Source: Gordius albopunctatus (Eukaryota). Taken from it: a DNA stretch of 64,000 nucleotides. This document shows, in pieces, positions 49,991-62,573 of this stretch (position 1 is its first letter; every line of letters starts with the position of its first letter). Made by a program: the position numbers and the translations under genes. A model generated the notes under the pieces. It was not told where the DNA came from. It was given only the letters and a program-made list of their open reading frames with translations, and did not search any database. The stretch lies in contig OZ193909.1 of assembly GCA_964276515.1 (NCBI GenBank), positions 14,942,001-15,006,000 on the forward strand, given 5' to 3'.

Positions 49991-50860
49991 GCATGAAACG
50001 CAAAAATACTTAGAAATTATGGAATTTTAAAATATGTGTGAAATTAAGTTGAAATTTTAATATATTTTAGAACACTTAAACTTATTTAAAACGGGCAAAA
50101 GCGGCCTTTAGCATCTGGCATAAAGTATAAGGAGCGGAAAATCTTACCAATGAATACGATATTGGGATTATATACACTATATAATGATTTCTTAAACATA
50201 ATTGCTTATTACCAACAAATTTAAATATTATTGTGATTTTTTAAAAAACATTTAAAGCCAAACTTAAATATTTAAGAGATTTCGTTAGAATAATAATTAA
50301 AATGCATTTAACTTACAACAATACAAGACTGAAAATTCTAGGCTTACTAAATATTTAAAATTTTAAGGTCAGATATGGGTTTATGAGTAAAGAAATATTT
50401 CAAAGTATCTAAATAATTACTAGAGATGTAAAATTTTTATTACGAGATATAAGGCATTTAGGAAACCTGGAATATTGCTGACCTAACAAAATCCGTCATG
50501 ATATTTTTGTTTAATATCTGCAACGGGCCGTTTAAAGCCCGTTTGTACCTACCCCGGGCCGGGCTTTTAGGCGCGTCCTTGAGCCGGGCCTGTGCGTGCA
50601 GATATATATAATTTCAATGATAGAGATGGTTATTTTTATATGTTATAAAAAATTATGATTATAACTCATTATTTTTAAAGTTATAACAGTACAAACATCA
50701 AGTTGTACTATCCTAGTCAATTTGTGGCGATTTTTAAAATTTCCCATTGTTTTTTGCCGCGTTTATATCTCATGCTTCTTACTAAATATAATTTTGTTTA
50801 CAAAATTATTTGTCATTTTATTTAATTTTATATATATAATATGAATTTATATATAGCTAT

Positions 50861-52000
50861 CAGAGACAAGATTGCCCATCTCAGCTCGCTGCCCGAAAAG
50901 GCGCGGCCCGGCCCGTGGGCTGGGCCGGGCAAATGTCCTAAATTTTATTTTTCGGACGTGCCCGGGCGGGCACGGTGATAGGACATGCTTCCATACATAA
51001 TACAAAAGCGTAATACCCAAATTTACACAATGCATGCAAGCGTTAAATTTAATTCTAATATCATTTACTTTTTTTACCAAATCTTATTTGGTTTAACAAA
51101 GCTTCCTTAATGCGCCTTTATTATTTCCTTATCACTCGTTGCTATCGCTAAGCTATTACTTATTTTTATAATAATAAATTTCTATACCTTTCTTTTTTTG
51201 CTTTAAAATTAAAAAAATTTCCATAAATTACATTTATATTCTATTTTTAAATTGTTGTTTTTTTTATCAAAAAAGTAAGTTCTAAGAGCACAGATTGATT
51301 AATTGAACTATTTTATTCAAGAAGTTTATTTATAGGGTACGGGCTTATACGGGTTAGCCTAAAAGTGGAGTATAATTTTGTTTATTGTAAGATTATTTAT
51401 AAAATATGTATACTTTAAACTTAATTAAAAATTTCTACATAAATATTTTCATGGACATCGGCTGCATTTAATTAATATTTTGCTGTTATATGATTTGTAA
51501 ACGTTCTAACATGTTTGTACCTAAATGCATTAGGAATTAATATATAAAAATATTGTGACCTAGAGCGGTTTAGCCAGTGATAACAATATTTTAAAGAAAC
51601 TCTGGCCAAATATTTTAGAAAGACCAAATACTACTTTTTTGACTTATTAGGATTAAAATTAAAGTTTTAAAGTTTCAGTTGGAAAAATCATTCGACTTTT
51701 AAATAATATAGGAAATTAGAATTTGTCTGGTATAATAAAATATTGCTATATTTGTTTTATTCAATATGCCATTAATTTAATACTTATTTTTTAATAGTGG
51801 TTGAAAGAATTTGAGATCGCAAAATTTTGGGCCTAAAAAGCAAATCTAATATTTCGTGCCGGCATTTCGGGAGCTCTAATGTTTCGGGCGGGCCCGGGCA
51901 GACACATAGAAGGGCCCGGGCGGGCTCGGGCGGGCAATGAGGCTAAAAAATTGAACCGGGCCGGGTTCGGGCATAAAATTCCAGACAAATCTGACCTCTG
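50861..52000. mobile_element. hAT-type MITE, same family as 15982-16818
   Basis: Same ends. TSD ATAGCTAT/ATAGCCAT. Confidence 0.75.
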
Positions 52001-53775
52001 ATAGCCATATTAATTTTTATAAGAGATAAATACTTTTACAACTATTTTTTCACTTATTAGATGATATAAGGTAATTTTGGAGTCTTTTTATTGAAATAGT
52101 ATCATAATTTTTTTAACATTTTGATCATAAAAGCTTAAATTTTTTATATCGAATTTTAAATATATATAGAAATGATATAATGCTTATTAAAATCTAAAAA
52201 GAACTATGGGAGCGGGGCTATCGCGACCATAAAAAATATGGCCTATATATTTTAACCGATTTTCATACTACTTTTTTCACAAAATGTTCTTGTCCACAAT
52301 GTTAGAGGAAAATATTGGCGCAACACAGTTTATAGATTTTTATAAAAGGTTTTTAATAATTTTGACTATAGCCTAATCTACTCTAAAGTCTATTTGACTA
52401 TTTACATTTTTACCTAATGTAAAATTTTTCTTTTACAGAATATTTAAGTTATGTATTATAATAAATTCCAAGGTTCAAAAATGATATTAATATTTGGTTT
52501 TAGAAAATATATTTATTTATGGTTTTTGTGTTGCACTACAGATGGTGCGCATCAGTGGCGTAGCCAAGGGGAGGGGAAAGCAAGAAATCCATCCCCCTCC
52601 ATTTGCAAAAATTCAAAAATTTTTGATTAATGAATAAATTATCAAGTGAATAAGAGTATTTATAATTGCATTAATGACTAAGATACTTTCTCTCATGTTC
52701 GACCAAAAAAGCTTTTCAAATTTCTTTTTAGCGAATTTTTTGTTAATTTACCAAAAAGCTCTATTTAAAAAAAATTAATTTTTTCCTCAAAAAACAAATA
52801 TATTCCTATCTAAAAAATAATATACTCTTATTTCACCCCTATACTACAAAAAATTATCCACAGGTCAACCTAACCACAACCCCGGGTTAAGGTTTGGGTG
52901 TATAAAAGACCTTAAGGTTTTTAAGGTCTTTTTTGAGGTTCCACCCCAGGTTTGGGTTGGGGAAGCTAAAAGACCTTGAAAGTCTTTTTCCAACCTAAAC
53001 CCAAAACCCACCTCAGGTTTGACTTCGGGAAAACCCAACCTAGGTTTTGATCATCACTACTCCCATATCTAGTAAGTATCAAATCAATTTTATAAATTAT
53101 AATTATAGGAGTAGTTCTCTTCAGCAATCTGAATACTTAATTTGATAAATATTTCAGCATACATTTTTACTATGCAAATACTTGCAGAAAAAGGGATTTT
53201 ACAATAGATGATTGTACAAGCAAATAACATGGCAACTAAGATAAAATTTATGGGAAACAGTGTTGACGAATAAGATTTTAATTAGCAAAAGCTAAAGGTG
53301 ATTTAAATGTTAAACCTAAACCTCGATTTGCCAAGTGGCAAATTTTTTATACTAATGTTTTAACTAAATCCCTTAATATTTATTTAAATTAACAATTGTA
53401 ATCTCCTTGATCAAATCCATCATTATAACAGTTTTTGATAAAAAAAAGGTTCAACTAACCTGAAATCTTGTTTTAGCAAGAAGATCCGGTAAATTATTGT
53501 GCACGAAACTAAGGATTTTTTGGCTGAATTTAACTGAGGTGATTTGAATGGCACAAATATTAACTAAAACTAGAGGATTTATGGTATATAACTTTATCTC
53601 AAACTTAAGAGACGAGTGGTCCCAAAAATCAAATTTTTATTAAAACCACTGCCTAATATAACCACACCTTTGTATTCCCATAATCACATGCATCACTGAA
53701 TGAAATTTTTCACATTCAGAAAAAGAAAACTTTTTAAATAGTAGGTTCATCGATAGAGGGATTGACATTATTAAT

Positions 53776-53776
<1 letters not shown>

Positions 53777-53810
<34 letters not shown>

Positions 53811-54299
53811 TTAAAAAGTTTATTTTCAAGAAACAAAGTTACATTAATAAGCGAAATACAAAAATAAAGACATATTGGTTAAATACAAAGATTTATATCA
53901 TTCTCTTCTAAAATGGGCCATGAGTCGGCAAATGATTTAAAGTTGTATCGTGCAACAAGAATCCCTAGTTGTTGCCTGAGTAAAAAGGACGCAGAAATTT
54001 TAGATTTCGGGGTGCGTTTTCCGATTTCTTTAAAAAACCCCATTGCCTGTTTTCCAAAGGAACCAGAGCACGTGGCAACGACAGGGATAAAAATATTGGA
54101 TGCCAAAAGGGCGGAATACTTTGTAGTTTTACGTCCTTCTTCTGTAGCGATAGGGTCGTAATTAAAATGGGAAGGTGCAAAAAGGTCAATACAAGTAAAA
54201 TCCCATTTGAGGGATAGGCCATTTTGCCAGGGGACTAGAGAAGAGCCGTCAGGGCGCATCCTACCTTCAAGAGAGGGATCTGACGGCTCAAGGATTGAG
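53777..54299 (-). mobile_element. 5'-truncated copy of the CRE element with long poly(A) tail
   Basis: Near-identical to ~45830-46330; ~30-nt T-run at 53777-53809. Confidence 0.9.
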
Positions 54300-54879
54300 T
54301 GGATGAAAACGTAGATTGAAAATCGATAAGCAAAAGAAAGATTAACATTGTCTTATAATGACTATTTTTTATAGTGATTTCTATTTATTCACAGAATGAA
54401 TATCATTTTAGAGGACAGATTGTTGGAAATATCTGCTTGAATCCTCCCCGATTTTATAACTGAATTGCCCGCCAGGACCCGCTTAAACACTTCTAAGATT
54501 CCGCCCGGCTAGATTTAATTATTTGAGATGCACGACCCAAAATCAGGATTTTTAAATCGTTCAGCAATAATCTCGTTATATTTCAAAAAATTATAAATGT
54601 GATTTGCTTTTGTTAGATAAGAAACATGATTAGTACATCTCAAAATCAGAGAAGGGCCTATTATTAAAAAGGAATCAATTAAAAGGGTGACAAAATAATA
54701 CACAAAAACTATATAATACACTACATAAAAAATCTTTTTTAGGACTGGTTTGCTAAAATCTTGTTATGGTGCCCGCGGGCGCCTACCATAAATCTAATTT
54801 TACGGAAGTTGCCCCAACCGACTTTTTTCTCCTCTTGAGAAAATCCAGGTTATGCGCTTGGTAAAATTGTCGCCCTAAT

Positions 54880-57030
54880 TTCTACTACCTCATCGAATAG
54901 CCTATAGCGCCGGTAAACGCGAATCTGTAAATCTTTTTAGCCTAAGCAGGATTTGATTGCAGTTTCGGCCGATTTCTTGGACCCGCTGCAGACCTGTCCC
55001 CCAAGTCACACATATTGTTGGGAAATTCCTTTTGAGATAACTTAGCGTCCACCAATAATATTTATCGGTATACATTGTATCCTATTCAAATACTATACTA
55101 ATTGCCGCGCGACACGGAAAAAGAGAAGGTGCGTTGTTAACAACATATAAACCCAAATTCCATCTTTTTCCACTTTGTCGTTTTTAAATTATCGTTTGAC
55201 TATCGCTAGGCTTCTTTCGACGAATCCATTATTGATGGAGTGATGTGGAGGCATTAAAACATGTTACCCCATTTACTACAAAATATCCTAAATTCAGTAC
55301 TTCGTAAATTCAATACCGTTGTCTGTTACCGCAAACATGGGAATAAGCATTGTAATGGCTGGCGGCTAAGACGAAAATTCGCGACTTTATTAAAAAGATT
55401 TTGAAATATTAGGAATTAATTTATTCACGCGAATACGATTAAATATTTACAGCAATACAGAGCGATTTACAATTAAATTATCTGCGACGGTAAAATTATA
55501 ATATTAGGTAAAATTACGATAAACAGGGGAAGCGTAGGGATTGAGAACAATTACAAAGGGTTTAGGACGAATACAAAGTTTTGGGGAAAAACTTTAAGGA
55601 CTGCAATATGGATGTAAGATCTCGCTTTTAAAGTTGTTGAATCTTCCCTGGGTGGTGGGCTTGATTTAACTGGCGATGACCTGGCGATCTTTGGATGGGG
55701 CTTCGAAAACGAGTACCAGATGTGGCTGAGTTAAAAATAAAAATAAAAAGTAATTTAAAAAAAGAGCGTCAAAGAAACTTAAGCACTTCCGCGTCTAGGT
55801 TAACCCGCGGTAAAAGTGTTTCCTTTGACCAATCCTTTTATTTTAATTATAAGGATCGCAGAATCGTTCTTTAACCCTTTTATATTAACATTAATCAAAT
55901 AAATCTAGTAAGATCAAAGTATACCGCGGATATTACAACGCTGTATACTAACATATGGTAACGTGGTATACACGTATACTACAAGTATAGGCACCCATCA
56001 TTGTTTTTAGAAATTTGATCTCAACCTTTGTAGATAAAATAGGATTAAAATTCCATTCAACTTGACCAAGCGTTCACCAACAACAGGTATTGTATCGAAC
56101 CCAGGCGTTCCAAGCACGCGTATAACACACCGCCGAAATATTCAAATCAAACGGCACTCAAACGTAAATAAACATAAAGGCGCACTATTCGTCACCTATG
56201 TGAGGCTGACAATAAATCTAGCTCACTAAAAACATGCCTTACTTAAACTGGCTAAAATCTTTTTAGTCCCAGGAATACTTAATTTCCACCAACCACGGAT
56301 TATGTTACCCGATAATTAATACATCGACGCAACGTTCTATCGGCTTTCTTCACTGTTACGAGGGGCGTCGCCTTTTCGCTATACTGGTATAACCAGTCAA
56401 TAACAACGGAGTCAAATTCCTTTTACATGACGAGCGGAATGCGACAATCTCGGATAAAATCTGGACAGGCTCCACTTTTTTATAACTTATAAAACACGTT
56501 ATACTCGCAACCTTTTAAACACCCTAGATCTTCGGCATAAACCGATTTGTAACCCAAATTGTGAAAATTAGAATACCATCTGCCCAGGCATCAGAAATTA
56601 TTTAATTCACACAAGGGTATCACGACGTTCAGGTTCATCGTTTCGGAACTTCCTGAGCGATCAATGCTAAGTACCTCGGCCTTCCGTTCTGGGCTTGAAC
56701 TATTGTTGCAGGTCAAAAAACAATTAAGTGGTTGGTAAGGTTACACTTTCACACAGACCGAAACATTTAAATTTGTGCCTACCATCTGCAACCCATCACA
56801 ATTCATTAATGAGGCAATAACAGCAGTGATATTTAACCCATTTCCACCATGTGCCACCACTTCTTTGTTGGATATTCTTATCAACTTCACTTTTGCTACA
56901 TCCAATTGATGGCCATTTATAAAAGAGTGCCCATTTTTACTGCCAATGGCTTTGATATTTCATAGCTTTAAAACACATAAAAGTCTATTCGCATACTATA
57001 ATAAATATTAAGGTGCATTAAAAATTTTAT
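54880..57030 (-). pseudogene. Degenerate pol relic of the Gypsy B family
   Basis: Reverse strand YSEKATPLVTVKKADRTLRRC..YRVT/NPWLVEIKY, plus protease and integrase-end segments aligning to Gypsy B. Confidence 0.75.
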
Positions 57031-57318
57031 TTCTTATTAAATGTGTGTAACAAAAAGATGAGATGTCAAGGGATTGGTATGTTAGAACTATTTCAATAGA
57101 GGGATTATAATAAGAACAATGATAATATATGTATACACCAGGAACAATATCTATATAAATAAGAATATATTACAAGAACATAATTAGAGATTGTGCCAAG
57201 TAATAATAATTATACATTAGAGTTACACGAAACAGTGTTATAACGAAATTACAAGAACATCTATTTAGAATATACCGAAATATGGACCAAAATGTAATCA
57301 ATAGTATTTATTCTGCCC

Positions 57319-58556
57319 ATGTCAGCGTTACCACTTGAACCGAGCTGCAAGAATATTATTGATCAAAAATCTTTGAAATGGATATTTGTTGGCGGTAAAG
57401 GCGGTGTTGGTAAAACAACATGTAGGTAATTTTTGTTGGCAAATGTTTAGCAATTCTTTAATAGTTGTAGCCTAGCTGTTCAGTTAGCCAAAGTTCGTGA
57501 ATCAGTGCTTATAATTTCAACGGATCCAGCTCATAACATATCGGACGCCTTCGATCAAAAGTTTTCAAAAGTCCCTACTAAAATAAATGGATTTGAAAAT
57601 TTGTTTGCCATGGTATTGACAAATAGTTTATTTTCAATCAATTAATTTTAGGAAATTGATCCTAACTTGGGAATTACAGAATTACCCGATGATTATTTCT
57701 CAGAAAACGGTAAATAATCGTTTTTTTAAATTAATATTGTGTAGATAGTTGGGCTGCAGGAAAAAATGTGGTGAAAGAGTTAATTGGTGCATTCCCAGGG
57801 ATTGATGAAGCAATGAGTTATGCAGAAGTTATGAAGTACTATATAAATACAATGCTTATTTATTTTTTAAGATTGGTTAGGGGCATGCATTTTTCTGTAG
57901 TTGTTTTTGATACTGCCCCCACTGGTCATACTCTTAGACTTTTATTCTTTCCTTCTGTTGTTGAAAAGGGGTTAGGAAAACTACTTCAATTAAAGGCTAG
58001 TTTTGGTCCTTTTATTTCTCAAGTAAGTTGATAGTTATCTTTCTTAATTAAAAAATCAGATAGCTAATCTTATGGGTGAAAGAGAACTCAATGCAGAGTT
58101 AATGTCCTCAAAATTAGAATCCACCTTAGATACAATTAAATATGTCAATCAACAATTTAAAAATCCTGTAAGCTTTATATTACATAGCGTATCATTATTT
58201 AGACACAAACAACATTTGTTTGTGTGTGTATAGCAGAGTTTCTCTCCCTATATGAAACAGAAAGATTAGTACAGGAATTAGCCAAATGCGATATTGACAC
58301 TCACAACATAATTGTGAATCAATTACTTTATCCTGATGATAATAAGCCTTGCAAATTATGTGCCTCAAGGTGTAAGCTTCAAGCTAAATATTTGGAACAA
58401 GTAATAAAATGTTTTTATATATAAGTTCTTTAGATTGATGACTTGTACGAAGATTTTCACATAACAAAACTGCCTTTAATGGATAATGAAGTTCGTGGAA
58501 GGGAAAAAATTATTGCCTTTTCACAAAATCTAATCATTCCATATAAAACAATGTAA
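57319..58556 (+). CDS. GET3: ATPase GET3/ASNA1 (TRC40), ~7 short introns
   Basis: [74 protein letters not shown]...Q.KYL; stop TAA at 58554-58556. Confidence 0.95.
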
Positions 58557-59255
58557 TGGGCACTTCAATATCTTGAACAAATTATTGTGTTAATTATGTA
58601 TTTTTAATAAATTATCTATTTTGTCATAGGATTGTTTTGATTAAAATGTATTCAAGCTTTGGCAAAGGTCTTTTACAATTTTTTAAAATTTAATGGTTTT
58701 TAATTATATATAAAAATATTTTATTTTTTCACAATTATCACTTCAATTTATAAATTTTAATTCAAAATGTTAATTTTTATAAATTAAAAAGATGTTTTAG
58801 GCCAATTCCTTTTTTTGCTTAGCTCTTTACATGGGCGTAGCCAGGTTTTGAATTGGGGGGGGGGGGCAGAGTAAAAAAAATTTCCTTACCAAAAATTTTT
58901 GGCGAGCAAAAAAAAGGTCTCCAGTATCCAAAACGAAGGAACTAACACAAACGCAAATACTAATCTCAATATTTAATTATTATAAAATTTTCAACATAAA
59001 ACTTAATTGGGGGGGGGGCGAAACACTAATTTTTTCCAATTTTTACAAAAATTACATTAAAAAAGAGAAAAATTCTCATTTAGGGGCCAAGCATGAATAC
59101 CGTAAAAGAGTTTAAGAATTCAGGTATAATTCATCACCCCTTTTTTACTCTTCATCGTTTCCCCCCTCGGTGCTTATTGAACCCTTGCCCCTCGTCGGTG
59201 TGTTAATTTATTAGTTTTTCCCCAATAATTGGTCCTTCTGTGGTTTAGATTGCTT

Positions 59256-60002
59256 ATGACAAGGAAAACTTCTTCCAAGAAGAACGTTTCTGATACTACC
59301 CCTCTTAATAAATATTTTTCCAAATCGACGTCTCTTAGTAATATAAATTCGTCTTTACTAAACGCCCCTATGACGTCCCCGGATAAATCTTCAACTGGTG
59401 CTACTATCAGCCGTGACGCAATAGGATCGGAATCAGTGGTAAAAGTGATTCTGGATCGGCTAGCGGCAATGGACGCTAAGATTGAAAGAAGTCTTCTGGG
59501 AAGGAGCGAGGAAACGATCGGGCCGGGAGATAACCCGCCACACTGGGCTCCTGCCCCTGTCACAGACACGATTACTATGACACGGGCGGAATTGGATGCG
59601 CTCTTAGCAAGGGAAAGAGCACGCCCCAGCAACCTACCAAGCTCCAATATTGAAATACTCAAACTTCGACTCAAAGGTTTACGTGAGGCTGTGGAAACCA
59701 ACTACACTATGCCGGCGTACCAAAAACACGAAACAGAATTTCTACTCAGTATGGGTAACTCGATTGAAGACTTCAACAAAACCATAGACAAATTCTCAGA
59801 TCGGGTCAGAACATTAGCAATGGCGTCATACTATGGATGGCAGGCCGTTACCGGGAAGTCAAAGGATTGGGCTGAGAAAATGGGCATGGGCCAGTACACC
59901 GAACCGGTCCAGCTTTTTCGTGCGCCTGATCCAAGACATGGTCAAAGGAAGAAAGGCTCTCAATCCAAAGGGCCGCCTCCGCCTCGGGCGGAGAGAACGT
60001 AA
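59256..60002 (+). CDS. Gag-like/unknown protein convergent with the RT gene
   Basis: ~248-aa ORF with coiled-coil segments, RVRTLAMASYYGW motif (reminiscent of DIRS-type Gag R..L..A...GW) and a basic Pro-rich tail. Confidence 0.6.
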   Translation: MTRKTSSKKNVSDTTPLNKYFSKSTSLSNINSSLLNAPMTSPDKSSTGATISRDAIGSESVVKVILDRLAAMDAKIERSLLGRSEETIGPGDNPPHWAPAPVTDTITMTRAELDALLARERARPSNLPSSNIEILKLRLKGLREAVETNYTMPAYQKHETEFLLSMGNSIEDFNKTIDKFSDRVRTLAMASYYGWQAVTGKSKDWAEKMGMGQYTEPVQLFRAPDPRHGQRKKGSQSKGPPPPRAERT

Positions 60003-60041
60003 ATATGTTAGGACGGTAGCGGCGACCCTCGGCAGCGGTGA

Positions 60042-61154
60042 TCACCCAGTGAGCATGTAGACATAGTGCGTGAGGATCCCTAAGCACTTTTGGGTAACCA
60101 GAGGGTAAGGAGCCTTCTTTTCAATTAGGAAGTGGTTAAGTATTTGCGTGGCAGCGTCGATTTTGCTTACGAATTTCGAATTTACCTCGAGGGACTGTGA
60201 TTCTAGATTGACATTTATGCCCAAATAGTCCATGATAGTGCGGGGGACCAAGCATGATTTGTTGCGGTTGATAGTTAGATTCCAACACTTTGCAAGGTAC
60301 AAGAATCTCCTAGTATCTGCTAGGACCAGTGTATCGGAGGGCCCATATATTAGGATGTCGTCCAAATACACGTTGTATTTGGATTTTGTAATGGATTTTT
60401 TGCAGAGATCGAGCATGACCTGTTGTAATACGAATGGAGAAAAACCTGCACCCATGGGTATAACTTTGTATGCATATTTACGACGTCGGTACCGGAACCC
60501 GAAGAATTTGGCCGAGTCCGGTGCCAGAGGAATGGAGAAAAAGGCTGCTTTCATGTCAATCTTCGTCATGTATTTCGCCTCAGAAAGTGATGAAGCAATG
60601 AGCGGGATTGACTTAAGTGAGAAGGGATATTTAACGAAGTTTTTGGATATTTGTGATAAATCCGCAATTAGTCGTGGTGAACCATCGCTTTTAGGAATAA
60701 AGTACATGGGGGAAGGAATGGTTCCAGGGTTCTCACGGACAATGTTTGACAGAATAATTTCGTCGACCAGCGGCTTATGTTCCCGGGGGATTGCTTTAAC
60801 GTATCTGGGGACATGATATCTGCCGTGATTGTCAACGATGGCTTTGCGAGATAATTTCGGTTCGAACCCATATTTCGCGATCCTTAGGGTAAAATTGCTT
60901 TGCAGCCTATGGGGTTTCAAGATTGTTGTGCGTAGAGATGTAAAGTTGCTATTATGCTCCAACTTGGACGGAGCATAATAGCTACCATATGTGCTTGGAC
61001 GCATAAGCTCTGTCATCAAGAGGGGTAAAATGCTTAAGAGGTTAAGTTGTAACAGCAAATACAAGCTCAAGCAGAAGGAATGAGGCGGGATCAACAACTT
61101 TAAATAAAAGTAGTTTTGTGCGAGCAATTGCTGATTAGCAAGCTGCTCATCCAT
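60042..61154 (-). CDS. Reverse transcriptase with hepadnavirus/DIRS-like motifs, no RNase H
   Basis: YFIPK...RLIADLSQIS, KIDMKAAFFSIPL, YKVIPMGAGFSPFVLQ, VYLDDILI, IN..KS, DYLG. Start at ATG 61154 or 61016. Confidence 0.88.
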   Translation of the reverse strand: MDEQLANQQLLAQNYFYLKLLIPPHSFCLSLYLLLQLNLLSILPLLMTELMRPSTYGSYYAPSKLEHNSNFTSLRTTILKPHRLQSNFTLRIAKYGFEPKLSRKAIVDNHGRYHVPRYVKAIPREHKPLVDEIILSNIVRENPGTIPSPMYFIPKSDGSPRLIADLSQISKNFVKYPFSLKSIPLIASSLSEAKYMTKIDMKAAFFSIPLAPDSAKFFGFRYRRRKYAYKVIPMGAGFSPFVLQQVMLDLCKKSITKSKYNVYLDDILIYGPSDTLVLADTRRFLYLAKCWNLTINRNKSCLVPRTIMDYLGINVNLESQSLEVNSKFVSKIDAATQILNHFLIEKKAPYPLVTQKCLGILTHYVYMLTG

Positions 61155-61218
61155 TTTGCTCAACGAATGTGTTAATTAATTATGTGACATATCGCAATTA
61201 ATCTGCTCAGCAAATGTA

Positions 61219-61428
61219 TTGGAATGGTGGAAAATGAATGAGACACGCTTTCCGACACTCAGCAAAATGGCTAGAGACTATTTAGGGCAGTCCACCACTT
61301 CAGTTCCGGGTGAACGAATGTTTTCCTTGGCAGGAAATATTTTTACAGCTAGAAGAAATCGGTTGTCCTCAAATACGATTACCCAAATTATGTGTTTAAA
61401 GTCTTGGGGAAATGTTAATTTAAAATAA
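61219..61428 (+). pseudogene. hAT transposase C-terminal dimerisation-domain fragment (repeated at 63751-63960)
   Basis: LEWWK.NE.RFP.LS.MARDYL....TSVPGERMFSLAG....RRNRL...I..IMCLKSW. Confidence 0.85.
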
Positions 61429-62108
61429 TATTGTAATTTATGTGTATTTTTGGTGACATTTAATAAAATAATAATGCTGATTTGGTGTCAATACTTTAAT
61501 TTGAACTAGAAACAGATATCAGACATCTAAATCAAATATATGTAAATAAAATAAAAATATTTTTCCCATGTTTTAAACAATAAATTTCAAAATCTTTTGC
61601 CAAAAAAATATTACATTCTAACCTGGCTTAAAAGACCATATTAAAAATGTCAAAAAATTTATTAGCATTTGGGTGAGATAGAAAATTAAAAAAATTTATA
61701 ATGCCAAAAATTTTCAATTTTAATATCATTAAGCTATTTTAGCCATATATAAAGAATATTCTATAAAGCGAAATTTCCCACTTTTTATAAAACATTGCAT
61801 TGTGACCTGGACTAAAAATATTATTAAATATAAATTTAGAAACATTAAGTCATATTTAGAATGTCAAAAAAATATTTATACAATAAAATATAATTTCGCC
61901 ATTTATAAAAAATAAATTTTTAAAAATCATTTTAGATATATATAATTATATTCGAAAAAATATTAGTTCGTACCTTTAATAAAATTTTAACATTGACACC
62001 TGTTCTTAAAAACGATAAAATATAAAGTTAAACCATATTAAAATTGTCAAACAGATTATTACTAACCCGCCACACTGGGCTCCTGCCCCTGTCACAGACA
62101 CGATTACT

Positions 62109-62534
62109 ATGACACGGGCGGAATTGGATGCGCTCTTAGCAAGGGAAAGAGCACGCCCCAGCAACCTACCAAGCTCCAATATTGAAATACTCAAACTTCG
62201 ACTCAAAGGTTTACGTGAGGCTGTGGAAACCAACTACACTATGCCGGCGTACCAAAAACACGAAGCAGAATTTCTACTCAGTATGGGTAACTCGATTGAA
62301 GACTTCAACAAAACCATAGACAAATTCTCAGATCGGGTCAGAACATTAGCAATGGCGTCATACTATGGATGGCAGGCCGTTACCGGGAAGTCAAAGGATT
62401 GGGCTGAGAAAATGGGCATGGGCCAGTACACCGAACCGGTCCAGCTTTTTCGTGCGCCTGATCCAAGACATGGTCAAAGGAAGAAAGACTCTCAATCCAA
62501 AGGGCCGCCTCCGCCTCGGGCGGAGAGAACGTAA
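62109..62534 (+). pseudogene. 5'-truncated duplicate of the Gag-like ORF
   Basis: Near-identical to the C-terminal 141 aa of 59256-60002. Confidence 0.7.
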
Positions 62535-62573
62535 ATATGTTAGGAAGGTAGCGGCGACCCTCGGCAGCGGTGA

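Noticed and set aside
60232..60816. 194-aa ORF overlapping the RT as a hepadnaviral surface-protein analogue
   Set aside because: It is antisense to the RT (hepadnaviral S is same-strand), lacks TM segments and looks like a shadow ORF.
61125..61200. Hammerhead ribozyme near CTGATTAG
   Set aside because: Core does not match CUGANGA and there is no properly placed GAAA with stems.
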